Shown here in pieces: positions 63,237 through 64,000 of a stretch of 64,000 nt of DNA. The stretch covers positions 16,793 to 80,792 of the forward strand of contig JBGQAU010000002.1 in NCBI GenBank assembly GCA_041494445.1. Direction: 5' to 3'. The notes below the pieces were generated by a model. The model was given only the letters and a program-made list of their open reading frames with translations, was not told the origin of the DNA and did not search any database. Source of the DNA: Acidobacteriota bacterium. Its GTDB lineage: Bacteria > Acidobacteriota > Polarisedimenticolia > Polarisedimenticolales > JAIQFR01. Position numbers and translations under genes: made by a program. How positions within the stretch are numbered: position 1 is the first letter of the stretch; each line of letters opens with the position of its first letter.

Positions 63237-64000
63237 ACCCGGGCGCGCGGGTCGCGGTGGTCGGCGGCGGAGCGTGGGGGACCGCCCTCGCCGTTCACGC
63301 CGCGCGCCTGGGCCATCCGGTAGGCCTTTGGATGCGCGAGCCCGATCTCGTCGCGCGCATGGCGCGGCGCCGAGACAACCCGCTTCATCTCCCGGGCGTG
63401 TCCGTTCCCGAGGGGGTCGTGCCGACGACCGATCTCGACGAGGCGGTCCGCGGCGCGTCGCTTGTGGTGGCGGTGGTCCCGACGCCGCACGCGCGCACCG
63501 TGTACCGGAGGCTCGCTCCGTCCCTGGCTGCCGGAGTGCCGGTGCTGCTCGCCGCCAAGGGGATCGAGGAGACGAGCCTCGCGCTGCCGTCGGAGGTCGC
63601 GTCGCAGGAGCTGGGGACGGCGCGGCCGGCGGCGGTCCTGTCGGGGCCCTCGTTCGCCGCGGAGGTCGCGCGGGGCGTGCCGACGGCGGTGGTGGTCGCC
63701 TCGGAGGACCTCGATCTCGCGGTCCGCCTTCGCGATCTTCTCTCGAGCCCCGCGCTCAGGTTCTACGCGAGCCCGGACGCTCGAGGGGTCCAGCTCGCGG
63801 GCGCGCTCAAGAACGTCATCGCGATCGCCGCGGGCGTGCTCGACGGGCTCGGGCTCGGCCACAATACCCTCGCGGCGCTGGTCACCCGGGGGCTAAGGGA
63901 GATCTCGAGGCTCGGCGTCGCCCTCGGCGCCGATCCCGCCACGTTCTTCGGCCTCGCGGGTCTCGGCGACCTGGTGCTCACCTGCACGGGGGACCTCTCG
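63233..64000 (+). CDS. gpsA: NAD(P)H-dependent glycerol-3-phosphate dehydrogenase (3' end outside window)
   Basis: Not in the ORF track because it has no stop in the window. Translation ...VAVVGGGAWGTALA...SGPSFAAEVA...ALKNVIAIAAG.... The proposed TTG start overlaps the plsY stop. Confidence 0.85.
   Translation, partial: MNPGARVAVVGGGAWGTALAVHAARLGHPVGLWMREPDLVARMARRRDNPLHLPGVSVPEGVVPTTDLDEAVRGASLVVAVVPTPHARTVYRRLAPSLAAGVPVLLAAKGIEETSLALPSEVASQELGTARPAAVLSGPSFAAEVARGVPTAVVVASEDLDLAVRLRDLLSSPALRFYASPDARGVQLAGALKNVIAIAAGVLDGLGLGHNTLAALVTRGLREISRLGVALGADPATFFGLAGLGDLVLTCTGDLS

Overview
Visibly GC-rich bacterial chromosome segment from a diderm, since a complete Tol-Pal cluster is present. The lineage cannot be fixed by eye; it has an Acidobacteriota- or Myxococcota-like flavour. 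The window contains, left to right:

(1) The integrase-proximal end of an integrative element abutting the 3' end of tRNA-Leu(CAG). It carries translationally coupled small ORFs, including two paralogous Cys4 mini-proteins, plus an excisionase-like HTH gene and a tyrosine integrase.

(2) rnr, translationally coupled to an archease gene.

(3) A ~13.3 kb cluster of five multihaem c-type cytochromes, two NHL beta-propeller lipoproteins and a 677-aa predicted outer-membrane beta-barrel. This is a candidate porin-cytochrome extracellular electron-transfer conduit with a non-textbook composition.

(4) rtcB, a tetrahaem c3-type cytochrome, a receiver-only response regulator, a CBS-pair protein and maeB.

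(5) A second cytochrome locus: a 19-haem cytochrome c fused to a 4-5 TM b-type membrane domain, sitting next to its own split paralogue (an 11-haem c plus a separate b subunit). Rhodanese and DoxX/MauE genes follow.

(6) Housekeeping genes: rpsT, tolQ-tolR-tolA-tolB-pal-cpoB, recN, coaD, a LarA-like gene, nfeD with a stomatin C-terminal remnant, a GAF-GGDEF gene, a SPOR gene, and prfB with its +1 frameshift site. Then hrcA-grpE-dnaK-dnaJ, prmA, rsmE, ilvE, pilT, recX, alaS, an SLT transglycosylase, and an HTH-TPR regulator with a coupled secreted protein. Last is a phospholipid operon, pgsA-DUF502-plsC-thpR-plsY-gpsA, truncated at the window end.

By eye I count 74 canonical CXXCH motifs in 8 genes. 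I saw no rRNA, CRISPR array or transposase. Most long antisense ORFs in the supplied track are GC-content artefacts. All functional calls come from reading motifs in the translations; no database search was possible.
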